IMG/VR virus record: IMGVR_UViG_3300005613_000021
Span: 32,537-96,536 of that record
Strand: one strand, 5' to 3'
DNA length: 64,000 nucleotides
Source of the DNA: a virus
Shown here: positions 10,701 through 18,293 of the stretch, in pieces
Layout: every line of letters starts with the position of its first letter
Position numbering within the stretch: the first letter of the stretch is position 1
The notes under the pieces: model-generated
The model's input: the letters and a program-made list of their open reading frames with translations, nothing else
What the model was told of the DNA's origin: nothing
Database searches by the model: none
Made by a program: the position numbers and the translations under genes

Positions 10701-13638
10701 CTTATCATTAGAAGATCAGACTTCTTTGGCTCAAGATATATTTACTCTTAGAAGTAAAATGAAAACAAGAGGTAGAGAGGGAGCCAGGGGGGCTGATCCA
10801 GAAATAGATGCTATTTTAAAGAAATATGAAACAAAGCCAGAAATTGAAGCTGGAGATGTTGGAGGGGCTGGAAAAACACCAGCTATTGATCCACAAGAAC
10901 TTACTTCAACAGGCAGATACAAGTTAGACACAACAATAGCAGCCCCCAAAAAAGAAATGGCAGCTCAAACTGGCAAAGCAGAACCACCAGCAGAAATTAA
11001 AGAAATTCTTGATCAAGGTAGGCAATTTTACGAATCAAGGAATACAACACCCACAAAAGACACATCATTAAACGATGCCATTGTAACACAAAGGGCTGAG
11101 GCAATGAGTCCTGAGCTAGAAGAATCAATGCGTCTCGGCCAAGAATTTGCCAAAGAAAGGGCAGCAAGGCAAACTGAGAATGCTAGCATAGTAGCCGAGG
11201 ATGCGAATAAAGCAGCCGCACTTAAACAGCAAAGAGAGGAACAAGCTGCACTGAAACAGAAACAAGATGCGTCAGCAGCTGCACTTAAACAACAAACAGA
11301 CAGGGAACTATTGCAGTTTGCTAAAGAGCAAAAAATTAACCCTAGAATTCCTCCTGGAGTTGATAAAAGAAGATTTGATACTTGGTACAGAGACAGAAAT
11401 AATCCAGCATATAAAGACGTTAAGAATGCTGTCATTAATGATGTCCTGGCTAGAGCAGAGTTCAGACAAGCACAAATGGGCGAAGTGCCGAATAGAATAC
11501 CTGGAGTAGATAGAGATTTATTTGAATATGACTTTGGTGATGTTGTTAAAATAGGTCCTGAACGTACTGGAACTGTAGGTCTTCAAGCTAGTGCAAATGA
11601 GAAAGAATATGCAAAAATTGCTAAAATAATAGCTGAAAAGCAGGGTAGGCCTTTTACTATTATTCAAGCTAGAGATATGATTGCTGAATCGGTAGGTTTA
11701 TTGCATTCTGATATGCCTGATTTAGAGCAGTTAGCGAAAAGGGGATTATTCCCATCAAGAGCAGAAGTTGGAACAACATTGGCTCCTAACCAAGAGCTAG
11801 GCAAGCCATTACCATCAAGTCCGCTAGAGGTGTTTGAGCAGATGTTTCCTGAATATAAAGCCACAGGAGGAATAGTACAACAACCAAAATATTTAGCTAC
11901 AGGTGGATCTACCAGTGTGGCTATGACACCAAGAGGAACCGACACTGTTCCAGCGATGCTTACTCCTGGCGAGTTTGTGGTGAATAGAGAATCCGCCAAA
12001 AATAACATGGGTCTGCTTAAGGCTATTAATCGTAGAAAGGGTGGTATAACTCCTACTTATTTACAACAGGGTGGAGAATTAACAAAAGATCAGCAAAATT
12101 TAGTAAATATGATGGGAATTCCACAATTTAGACTAGCAGACGGAATTAATCCTAGACTACCAGAAGAAGTAGCTATGGCCAAAAACATAGCTAGCAATAC
12201 ACTCAAACAAGAAAATACTCAAAGAGAAATGATGGGAGATACCCGTTTAGCTGCTCCTCAAATAGAAGAAATAGTTAGTAATTTCTTTAATAACGCAAAC
12301 TTATCTCCAAACAACGAATACGGAGAAGTTGGTTTAGACAGCTTAATTGGTGGTTCTAGATCTGCTATTGGTAGAGAACTAGATATGCAAACAGTATTTA
12401 AATACGGAATAAGTAATCTTAGCGATGCCCTATCTACAAGTAGAGGTAGTCCTTTAGGAGAAGTATTATCTGATCAAGACAGATTCACAAGAGATCAGAT
12501 TCAAGCTTTGTTGGAACGTACAGGAATTATGAAAAAATATGTTGCTCCAACATTTAATCTAAAAAATGGAGGAAAGGTAGAATATTTAAAAGGCGGAGGA
12601 CAGCTAGTAGATTACAGTCCTAAGGGTACTGATACTGTTCCTGCTATGCTAACTCCTGGCGAGTTTGTTGTTAATCGTGAAGCAACTCAAAAGAATCTTG
12701 GACTATTAAAAGCTATCAATAAAAGTAGTGGTGGTGTGGTTCGTAACGGTGTGTTATATGCTGCTAACGGAGGTCCAACAATAGATGATACTCGTGCTGA
12801 AATTGCTGGACAAAGAGCTTTTGATAATTTGTGGAGCGCTATAACTTCATTAGCTTCGGATATTGCAGGATTAATGATACCATCTACAGAAGTAACACCA
12901 GCCGCCACGGCCACCTCAAGAACAGAAGAGATGATCAGACCATCTGTACAATCTACAGACAATGATTGTTGTGATAGGATCATATCAGCTTTAAGAGAAG
13001 GTTCTGTGTCAGATATTCAGCCCCCACCTATGGATTTTGGTATGGTTAATCAACCACAGACACCTATGACAGACGATGGCACTTCTACCAGTATGTCATC
13101 TATTGCTTCTGATATTTTTTCAGCAATAAGAGAGAGTTTTTCTCAAACTTCAATCTCAACATCAACACCAACAACACCAGTCGAATCTGCTACAAAAGCA
13201 GATGCTCCCAGTATTGATTTTAGTCCATTTACCCAAAGTGTAGCAGATTTTAGCAGTGCATCCGCACCACTAACTTCTGCTATACAAACACTGTCACAAG
13301 TCGATTTTGGTGTAATAAACAATGGAGCAGCTAGCCTATTATCTAGTTCTATAGCTCTTGGAGGATCTTTTGGTAGATTTAACGAGTCTGTCAATCAATT
13401 TTCGCAAAAAACTAATGATTTAATTTCGGCTATAAATGGAATGAGCTTAGATGGTACTATTACTGTGGGAGGCAATATTTCTGTGCAACCAATGACTGTA
13501 AACATTGCTGGATTAGAAGCAATCGAAGCAAGATTACAGGGTTTTGGTGAGTATATAAGCCAAGCCTTGGCAGCAGGCTTAGCTCAAGCTAATCCAGGAT
13601 TTGATACGTCCGCAATTACAGTGAGCACTAGTATTTAA
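1768..13638 (+). CDS. Giant tape measure protein with additional cargo-like regions
   Basis: N-terminal TP901-type tape measure core (FIEYDRQLTRIAQVTG..., Ala/Gln/Ser-rich helical, IATGLRTIFTRI), Gly/Ala hydrophobic segments, repeated GTDTVPAMLTPGEFVVNR modules; located ahead of tail genes. Confidence 0.9.
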   Translation: MAQGYNLTVQLNIQGPKNLNSVVNNINQKLQNIQATVNVKTSPQTTQALKNIANASKGVKNNADDAANSMEKFGKSAGLAIRRFGAFTAATAGFYAVTRATTQSLEKFIEYDRQLTRIAQVTGTAKESLGNLSNTITQLSTSLGASSSELARVSVILSQAGLSAEQTRQALEALALTTLAPTFSDINQTVEGSIALMKQFDISTKQLEASLGSINAVAGQFAVEAGDIITAIQRTGGVFAAASNGVSQGVDALNEFIAVFTSVRATTRESAETIATGLRTIFTRIQREDTLDALKAFGIELTDLEGKFVGPFQAIQRLSEGLRSLDPRDVKFSGLVEELGGFRQVGKVIPLIQQFTTAQQALNAAQQGSGSLAQDAAIGQQSLGVQISKVQQEFDALIRSIGQTAEFRQFIQLSLDLASALIQITDAVKPLIPALTALGAVGLARGIPSIARGFKKSIGATGYNNGGVVTGSSLNFAGSYNSGGLIGGKPGIDKNIIRASKGEYVIQKPAVDALGTSFLDNLQKNKQVPGYVTGGLVDYPSSRRFVRSSNFTYEKPPGVSITESLQNETPLAFQRFDAVDVDIKNQGFNGKALAEKVSNKNSGKTYLRALESGDYRTRGIAFENVLYDTKQVSYKPEGRNATSRIDNMRGSNFVEIKSVQERVPNEAILDKTIGAIFASRGGIDEMVMQRASRSAVTSKKDILDVGQVSVFYDTTSLRDIQKTKKNKELTSSLKSTAVSKIGNIKSRKLPRAYTGGNQKEGDIRVTRGEYVINKQAAEQIGINRLNELNNAHRNNMAEDLPKFHTGGAIGSIPGYNTGTTVDNVSRDRGIGSTIGLVFALQGAASLFSTSIEEAASQGAAEMGAGIQGAVSGINLGIVGGEIAGFIPGLSKFSGGIGLATAAVAGTASAFIQSKNAAIDFANKLSKQRIEDATQKVSSALDKLSKEANNFNAFRQAVSGIRQSTQEISSVRSRQIESNRLGFANIPEYLLGTTATGERTQEQIAVGTSQETLSAQRSLVLEMRGFNAYLSTLGGYLGDNQQAQENLANAIRGINEVRAQESAREFAGVADSITQLVEQRLKAGIGIDQIIDSQQFKSFSEALARANPQVEKFILNTQANTSLSAEEKKQRIDRVVAQRAEIEIIQRTAAFRQQIEIDNAEKIGRNLETILSRVFNSFEQIFNRTALDIGRSFDIINTDIAALSGNASIGLGQDRGSNILSNPSAYSKREFNLVVSGLKPILGDQAETIAGLARGSVSLEAGIISAINRVVKENPQATDTAVARLVGQEISNLVTELNLPPDVARTLSDQISAGLQKLRSKGKDQIGLDSQDVRESVSGFASTIDALKGSLNTLLSAQKIYQSGLEQYTKVLNNITGILAQRNQYVSKSLEILAQGAINLDEAFGRIYSARDISIQQEKSIERQTFGLSDPDEIFNKIIDLNSRRQLLQTNLQSAQDQGPASFAQFRDLSVELVNTNVELNNMQQALQTLADSSNVAQAALSEISRVQQQRQQQAGFLESLVSSTPEQITALNQAYADLQRLLSGQSNTIYTSIEAQRTYAQTLRQTRSTFQAQEAAQGVLAQERGNVTSLVKELAPFLGSSQEANNLRAEVLARQVNQLGMLTPQFSRIIESIRNPEGDPQLQEAIRVYREAVTEQSRANQLLGQIQAINARMAEQNSAQAVVNGLAKTVLTVNVNNAGDIAAAIQPAVLPQPIVPQGRASGGVIYAAAGQQVEMKSRGTDTVPAMLTPGEFVVNRQATAKNRGLLESINSGKTQYYQYGGFVSNLFDANQPRGKTEKVPALEQWQQLAQGVRTAPKLFTASSFVNFDRAQNITVEDTLPQTQGNSTLNDIQDLKTFIYKQFKNDSNILPGRVSDIVVEKAGKFDANLPSTVADFGTASKIAKAAIEINPNIKSIKDFPDFGFGIERKVDTASPLVRQISQKTNIPIQNILDYIGTRSTRYPYLDSLMLGASPEDYINIYPQSKGAASATEVSAIRRGLYGVDTRNTNLSPSQNLNEQTYPEYNKKFNSFRLVKPNLNGIDINSSPPTNAFADSWNITGKNYGLYSSIGPIQAEPFGPKVTSKPRDFIRRGSISISGNGSSGEVFEGTRVIGDDLLKRSKNIYDRYIDTKEILKNGVAEDPEVESFIKELESLYSGETPFSPLNAKFFNDKRTPIMGLSSSVYRSFNRLAQEDKLSAAIRWPLGLNGNFKTLGLIRNEEQIDRLKSQTDLIKKEIADEEKSKFSIVNKTAKIPFKAVTPIDKRLANFPAFTNIDFSVPYKEYSGNLYDEIQGLYDDKKNKAIIPNYENYRSFLKGDSNNDLLYGNLQAYLGNIFNNLNNNRSEISEYLFSDNAKLNTKLFRLASVGYKGSSKPNIYSFGTKGLFTRDFAATDNLARDIDKKKDKLLKPAPFEKPIEQKAEDEFAVKQYNDMFTDTRGYFGRAPSFRQYVRTGGAGIARDIQEAKKYSQGLSGQFLVSTNNGNLALPIRAMSSGFSEAFASVGTGKLSPWTDRIGRVNTAAAAASFGQSYWLQNFAGAEGVDLEQQSDPNVVERAQRAIEGNPKTPTTIKEWFDLYMDPYLKYNQRGIRTKGLSNIYRSMVDQSYYEKKRRGPVPSAQEAAAYFTNLGSWYDGIRRWPGQDGIVEDLDGEKDIKERARYLYRNSKNFTGGLYNTANRSHLSLGGGIYGGLPTFNQISLINGVNPRIMQQVMNEGVAAQAQLLSRGGEVDPLYLAEGGPVLLDKALKQQAISQQKQTYNPFAGPSSEDRYREELLLQRQRREEQIAELRASTPFTKAIQRAPKDAFGNTTIAPNATINDSIRNIPGFGLDILGTFPGIVGSLVTGPGAAAEQLSNAVTGGDSQFMSDMFRYNLSTGTALGPRLASGIYSEDMMSMPGSYIAGGSQEDIVSQMQPASRVAATALDFVSPDIGDIPRGIKTASALGSLLGFVKKAPIPKITMPDRLGGYVADLESVLKTNKGLSLEDQTSLAQDIFTLRSKMKTRGREGARGADPEIDAILKKYETKPEIEAGDVGGAGKTPAIDPQELTSTGRYKLDTTIAAPKKEMAAQTGKAEPPAEIKEILDQGRQFYESRNTTPTKDTSLNDAIVTQRAEAMSPELEESMRLGQEFAKERAARQTENASIVAEDANKAAALKQQREEQAALKQKQDASAAALKQQTDRELLQFAKEQKINPRIPPGVDKRRFDTWYRDRNNPAYKDVKNAVINDVLARAEFRQAQMGEVPNRIPGVDRDLFEYDFGDVVKIGPERTGTVGLQASANEKEYAKIAKIIAEKQGRPFTIIQARDMIAESVGLLHSDMPDLEQLAKRGLFPSRAEVGTTLAPNQELGKPLPSSPLEVFEQMFPEYKATGGIVQQPKYLATGGSTSVAMTPRGTDTVPAMLTPGEFVVNRESAKNNMGLLKAINRRKGGITPTYLQQGGELTKDQQNLVNMMGIPQFRLADGINPRLPEEVAMAKNIASNTLKQENTQREMMGDTRLAAPQIEEIVSNFFNNANLSPNNEYGEVGLDSLIGGSRSAIGRELDMQTVFKYGISNLSDALSTSRGSPLGEVLSDQDRFTRDQIQALLERTGIMKKYVAPTFNLKNGGKVEYLKGGGQLVDYSPKGTDTVPAMLTPGEFVVNREATQKNLGLLKAINKSSGGVVRNGVLYAANGGPTIDDTRAEIAGQRAFDNLWSAITSLASDIAGLMIPSTEVTPAATATSRTEEMIRPSVQSTDNDCCDRIISALREGSVSDIQPPPMDFGMVNQPQTPMTDDGTSTSMSSIASDIFSAIRESFSQTSISTSTPTTPVESATKADAPSIDFSPFTQSVADFSSASAPLTSAIQTLSQVDFGVINNGAASLLSSSIALGGSFGRFNESVNQFSQKTNDLISAINGMSLDGTITVGGNISVQPMTVNIAGLEAIEARLQGFGEYISQALAAGLAQANPGFDTSAITVSTSI
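6982..12678 (+). repeat. Three identical 18-aa repeats GTDTVPAMLTPGEFVVNR in the TMP (6982-7035, 11935-11988, 12625-12678), plus two diverged copies with GEYV cores near 3271 and 4069
   Basis: Read directly from the translation; the DNA copies differ at many synonymous positions. Confidence 0.9.
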
Positions 13639-13661
13639 CACTATCATAGTAGGTCTTAATT

Positions 13662-16600
13662 ATGTCTAATAAATTTTTTAATTACAGATACAGAGCAACT
13701 GCACCAGCAGCAGCATATGGTACAGCAAATTTCAATGTAAATGATAGTGCTGGTTATAATACCATCCATTCTCTGGTTGGCACCACCGCTGGATCTCAAC
13801 AAAGATTCACTTATAGTTTGACAGTAGCGAATCAGTCTAGCGTATATGAATACGGAATTGGATATTTGACCAGTCTTGGTGGAGGGTTATATCAATTTAC
13901 AAGAGAGCAATCTGTTTCTTCTAGTCAAGGAGACAATAGTAAAATAAATATTTCGTTAGCATACGGAAATGTAACAATCGATGTTATTGCACCAAATCCT
14001 AGCTATACGAATTATAAAAGATTAAATAGTAATTCAACACTATCAAATATAAATAGCACTTATTTTGTTGATGCTACTGGAGACATTACTTTATCTTTAC
14101 CAGCTATTGATATTGATTCTGTAATTATTGGCATAGCCTTAACTTCTTTGAGTGGATCGGAAAACGAAAGAACAGATGCTGTTACTCTTGATGCTAATGG
14201 ATCAAATACTATAAATGGCGGAGCTACCTATGCCTTAAGTAAGAAAAATGATTTTGTAAGAATTATATCTGATATAGACAACAATAATTGGATAGTATTA
14301 GACCCTATACAAGATACAGCTTCTTCGAGCGGTCCAAATGGGGCTATTCAATTATCTGACAATGGTGTTCTTGGTCATAATAATGGATTTTTCTTTAATG
14401 ACGATGCATTATTCGTGGGTGGAGATGATGCAGTATCGGCTGTTGTTCAAGTTGGTGGAGAATTAATGAACACAATCTTTAATCTTCAGTCTGGAGACCT
14501 AGATTTTACAATCAATACCAACGGTATCGGCAATACTTTTTTTGTTGATGGGTCAACTAATAATGTCGGAATTAATACTAACACCCCATTAGATTTGCTC
14601 AACATAAATACCGAAGGAGTGGAAGGTATTACTATTAGTACTTCTACTAGTGGATCTATTCCTACTATTGCTTTTGTTAATAATGATCCAGATTTTACTG
14701 AAGGTTTGGACATTGGCAGAATTGATTTTGTAGGTTCTAATACGGCAGAAGAAAATATTACTTACGCTAGAGTCATAGCAGAAGCATCAGATGAGACCGA
14801 TGGTTCAGAGCAAGGATTACTAAAATTTTTAGTAGATAACAACGGGACTTTACAGAATGTTGCTCTATTAAGCTATGAAGATATTCAAATTGGTCCAAAT
14901 AATTCTATATCTGGTGGTATTGTTATAGGTTCTAATACTACCAATAAAGGAGATAATGTATGTATTGGTTATTACAATACTAATTGTGGTGTTAGTAGTA
15001 TTAATATTGGACATCAAAATACTATAGAAAGCGGTTCGTATGCTGGTGCTATCGGATCAGCTCATACAGTAACAGGTTCTCATGTTTGGTTATTTGGTGG
15101 TTCTGGAGCAGACATTACTGGCAATAATAGTACTTTTTTATTGTCTAACGATAATAATTATATACAAGTTAAACATGATCAGCAAAAAAGAGTAGGAATC
15201 TATGTGGATTCTACAGGAACCGATTTCAGTATTGTTAATACCAGAATATCTTCAACAGGGACACAGCATCTGCAAAACTTCTTGTTTAGAAACAATGCTG
15301 GAGATCAAATTACAGGAATTTCTCAAGGTATCATTGTTGATGATCCTTCACAGTCTGGTGAATATACAAGCTTTTTTTTAAAGGTTTTAGAGTCCGGCAA
15401 CTTAGTTGATGTATTAGATATATCTGCTGATTATGTTAGTATTTCAAATGTATCTGGTTTATCAAACACTGTGTTTATAGGAAGACTATTAGAGATAAGC
15501 GGTACAGGAGCAAATAATACTATTATTGGTGTTTCTAATGTTCTTTCTGATAATAGTGGTAACAATACTATTGTGGGATATAACAATGAGTTAGCGACTT
15601 CTGGTAATCATCATGTTGTTACTTTAGGAAGCAATAATACTTCTGATGATAACTATACTACAACTGTTGGTGTTTCTAATCGAAACAGCGGATTGTATTC
15701 TGCTGTTGTTGGATATAATAATGGTGTTTATGGGGAAAATATTTCTATTGTTGGTGTTAATAACGATGTGTCTGGAAATAATTCTGCTGTTCTTGGTTAT
15801 CAAAATAATATAGATAATATAAATTGTTATGTATTTGGACAGGGCAATTCTTCTGTATATTCAGGAGTTACAATATTAGGAAACGACATTACTGCAACAG
15901 GACACGAACATACATACATAAAAAATACCACTGTTGTTATTACAGGAGACTATATAGCTCTTGATGCTACATCAGACATAAACTTTAAGTCTAGACCTAT
16001 TTTGGAAGGTAGTGGTTATGTTTTGGTTAGTGGAGATAGTGTTAGCTATTTAGTCAATGATTCTAATTATGTTTCTAGTGGAGATAATATTAGCGAATTA
16101 GTTAACGATTCAGGATATATTAATAGTCAGGCCAACGTAACCGGCATTTCTTATACTTCAGGAATTTCGTCTGGAATATTAGTCCTAAGCCATCACACAG
16201 GAACAGTAACCGGCATATTAAGTGGCGTTGCCCATAGTGGTCAAAATATTAGTATTTTTGCTAATGATGTGGGATATATTACTGGAGAAGCATATGTTAC
16301 TGGTATTAATTATGATGGTTCAGGAGAGTTGGTTTTAAGTCATCATAGTGGAACTGTTACTGGAATTTTAATAGATGTTGTACATAGTGGGGACAACATT
16401 ACTAATTTAAATAATGATGCTCTGTATATTACAAGTAGTGATTTTGCTAAACCTAAATTAAAATTCGATGTTTCTGCAACAGGAGATAATACTTTTATAT
16501 TCAGTGGTGCTGGCACCGATGGTGTTGGAAACGACGAAAACCCAACTCTGTATTTGTACAAAGGATTTAATTATGATTTTGACATAAACGTATCGAGTTC

Positions 16601-16775
16601 TCATGCTTTGGAAATAAAATTAGGATCTTCGTTATATACTAGTGGATTAACAAATAATACTGGTGTTAATAGTGGTATTGTGTCTTGGAGCGTTAGACAT
16701 GATACTATTAATAGTGGAATTTATTATATTTGCTCTAATCATGCTGCTATGAGTGGAGATATTAGAATAGTTTAA
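13662..16775 (+). CDS. Tail fibre/spike-like structural protein with GxxN beta-roll repeats and C-terminal cupredoxin-like domain
   Basis: NVGINTNTP fibre motif, ~14-residue (I/V)GxxN repeats, repeated SxLxNDxGY and LVLSHH(T/S)GTVTGIL segments, C-terminal NPTLYLYKG...H...YYICSNHAAMSG. Confidence 0.7.
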   Translation: MSNKFFNYRYRATAPAAAYGTANFNVNDSAGYNTIHSLVGTTAGSQQRFTYSLTVANQSSVYEYGIGYLTSLGGGLYQFTREQSVSSSQGDNSKINISLAYGNVTIDVIAPNPSYTNYKRLNSNSTLSNINSTYFVDATGDITLSLPAIDIDSVIIGIALTSLSGSENERTDAVTLDANGSNTINGGATYALSKKNDFVRIISDIDNNNWIVLDPIQDTASSSGPNGAIQLSDNGVLGHNNGFFFNDDALFVGGDDAVSAVVQVGGELMNTIFNLQSGDLDFTINTNGIGNTFFVDGSTNNVGINTNTPLDLLNINTEGVEGITISTSTSGSIPTIAFVNNDPDFTEGLDIGRIDFVGSNTAEENITYARVIAEASDETDGSEQGLLKFLVDNNGTLQNVALLSYEDIQIGPNNSISGGIVIGSNTTNKGDNVCIGYYNTNCGVSSINIGHQNTIESGSYAGAIGSAHTVTGSHVWLFGGSGADITGNNSTFLLSNDNNYIQVKHDQQKRVGIYVDSTGTDFSIVNTRISSTGTQHLQNFLFRNNAGDQITGISQGIIVDDPSQSGEYTSFFLKVLESGNLVDVLDISADYVSISNVSGLSNTVFIGRLLEISGTGANNTIIGVSNVLSDNSGNNTIVGYNNELATSGNHHVVTLGSNNTSDDNYTTTVGVSNRNSGLYSAVVGYNNGVYGENISIVGVNNDVSGNNSAVLGYQNNIDNINCYVFGQGNSSVYSGVTILGNDITATGHEHTYIKNTTVVITGDYIALDATSDINFKSRPILEGSGYVLVSGDSVSYLVNDSNYVSSGDNISELVNDSGYINSQANVTGISYTSGISSGILVLSHHTGTVTGILSGVAHSGQNISIFANDVGYITGEAYVTGINYDGSGELVLSHHSGTVTGILIDVVHSGDNITNLNNDALYITSSDFAKPKLKFDVSATGDNTFIFSGAGTDGVGNDENPTLYLYKGFNYDFDINVSSSHALEIKLGSSLYTSGLTNNTGVNSGIVSWSVRHDTINSGIYYICSNHAAMSGDIRIV

Positions 16776-16788
16776 TAAGGATTTTTAA

Positions 16789-18279
16789 ATGTCAATATCT
16801 GTAGAAGGAATAAATTTTACGAGACCCTCTGTGAATTTTTCCACAGAATTTAGAAAAGATTCTGATGGAAATAATATAGGGCAAAGAGATACCATTACTA
16901 TACAAGATGTTGTTTTAAGTAGTGATAATAATGATTTAGCTGGATTTTATAGCAATCTTGTAGACAAGCTTACTGATACAGAAATGGTAACTGTTGACTA
17001 TCCCGGTAATAGTGGGTCAGTAGGTAGGATTAAAAATCTTAGTTTAGATAATGATTCTGATTTTGTTAATAAGCTTTCTTATTCCGTTACTTTAGAAGCT
17101 ATACCTCAAAGAAGTTTATATAGTCTTTATGAGTTAGGTGATCTTAGTGGGGTTGTCAATTCATTGACAGAAAGCGAGAGTTGGGATGTTCCTTATGATC
17201 TTTATGTCTTAGCAATTCCTACAGGTCAGGGCACGGGTTTTTTTTATAACAAACCTATCACTTATGAATATAATTTAAATTTTTCTTGTGGTTATCATCC
17301 TAGCGGCTCAGGAATAACGTCAAGCTTAGATGCTGCCAATAAAATATTAACAACTTTAGGAAAAACTTCCCCAAGTAGCGGATTAGTTTCTGGTATAGAC
17401 TCAAGGTATATCAATTGTGGCGTATCTTCTGTGCAATTAAATAGAGGTACTGATGGAACAACAACACTGAATATTAAGTCCTTGTTTCTACCTAGCGGAA
17501 CAGGTGCCAATCCTGGTAATTTTACAGCTTCTTTAAATAGAAATGAATCCAAAGATGAGATACAATATTATTCTAATAGAGATATTAAAGTAACTATTAA
17601 TGCACTTCCTGTTGGTGTTGGCTATACTTCTAGTGGAAATACTCCCTGGAGTATTACTGGGGTGCCTACTGGATTAGCAGAAAGCGCTTATGGTGTTATT
17701 GAATCCATAAAAGATGCTCTTATAGACACTAGTGGAATGATAGAAATAGAAGAAACTATGCCAGGAAAAAAACAGAGTTGCAGCCTGCCGCATACAGCCT
17801 TAACTTCTACAGGGTGTTGGAGCACAAAATTATTTAGCATGACTAAGGACTACTCAAATAACAGCGCTACTTTGAATATTGAACAGACTACACAAAATAT
17901 TGGTATGTGTGATTATAGTGCTAGCGGATACAAGATTAATTATGAGATTATTAAACATAGCCCTAGAGACAAACAGAAAGTTTATGCAGAACCAAGAGGC
18001 TGGTCTAGTCCAGATTATTGGGTGCAAGATATGAACACATTTAAAGATGAATATTATGAATACAGCATAAACGTGGCATCAACATTAGCTTGTTCTAGAG
18101 GAGATACTGGAATCACTGGTATAGCTAATACTGTTTTTACTGGTATAGATTTACTTTCTGGATCTGGCATTATTACCAGTAAAGTAATTAGTGTGAGTAA
18201 AGACACATGCTCATTAAAAATTGTACAATATTCGGGTGAAAATTTATCTGAAACAGGCATAGGTTATTCAAATCCCTAA
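16789..18279 (+). CDS. Putative tail/baseplate structural protein
   Basis: 496-aa Ser/Thr/Gly-rich ORF within the tail operon. Confidence 0.55.
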   Translation: MSISVEGINFTRPSVNFSTEFRKDSDGNNIGQRDTITIQDVVLSSDNNDLAGFYSNLVDKLTDTEMVTVDYPGNSGSVGRIKNLSLDNDSDFVNKLSYSVTLEAIPQRSLYSLYELGDLSGVVNSLTESESWDVPYDLYVLAIPTGQGTGFFYNKPITYEYNLNFSCGYHPSGSGITSSLDAANKILTTLGKTSPSSGLVSGIDSRYINCGVSSVQLNRGTDGTTTLNIKSLFLPSGTGANPGNFTASLNRNESKDEIQYYSNRDIKVTINALPVGVGYTSSGNTPWSITGVPTGLAESAYGVIESIKDALIDTSGMIEIEETMPGKKQSCSLPHTALTSTGCWSTKLFSMTKDYSNNSATLNIEQTTQNIGMCDYSASGYKINYEIIKHSPRDKQKVYAEPRGWSSPDYWVQDMNTFKDEYYEYSINVASTLACSRGDTGITGIANTVFTGIDLLSGSGIITSKVISVSKDTCSLKIVQYSGENLSETGIGYSNP

Positions 18280-18293
18280 AAGGAATAAAAGAC

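Noticed and set aside
6982-12678. TMP repeats as a diversity-generating retroelement or invertible cassette
   Set aside because: Differences are synonymous rather than adenine-specific, and no reverse transcriptase or invertase is in the window
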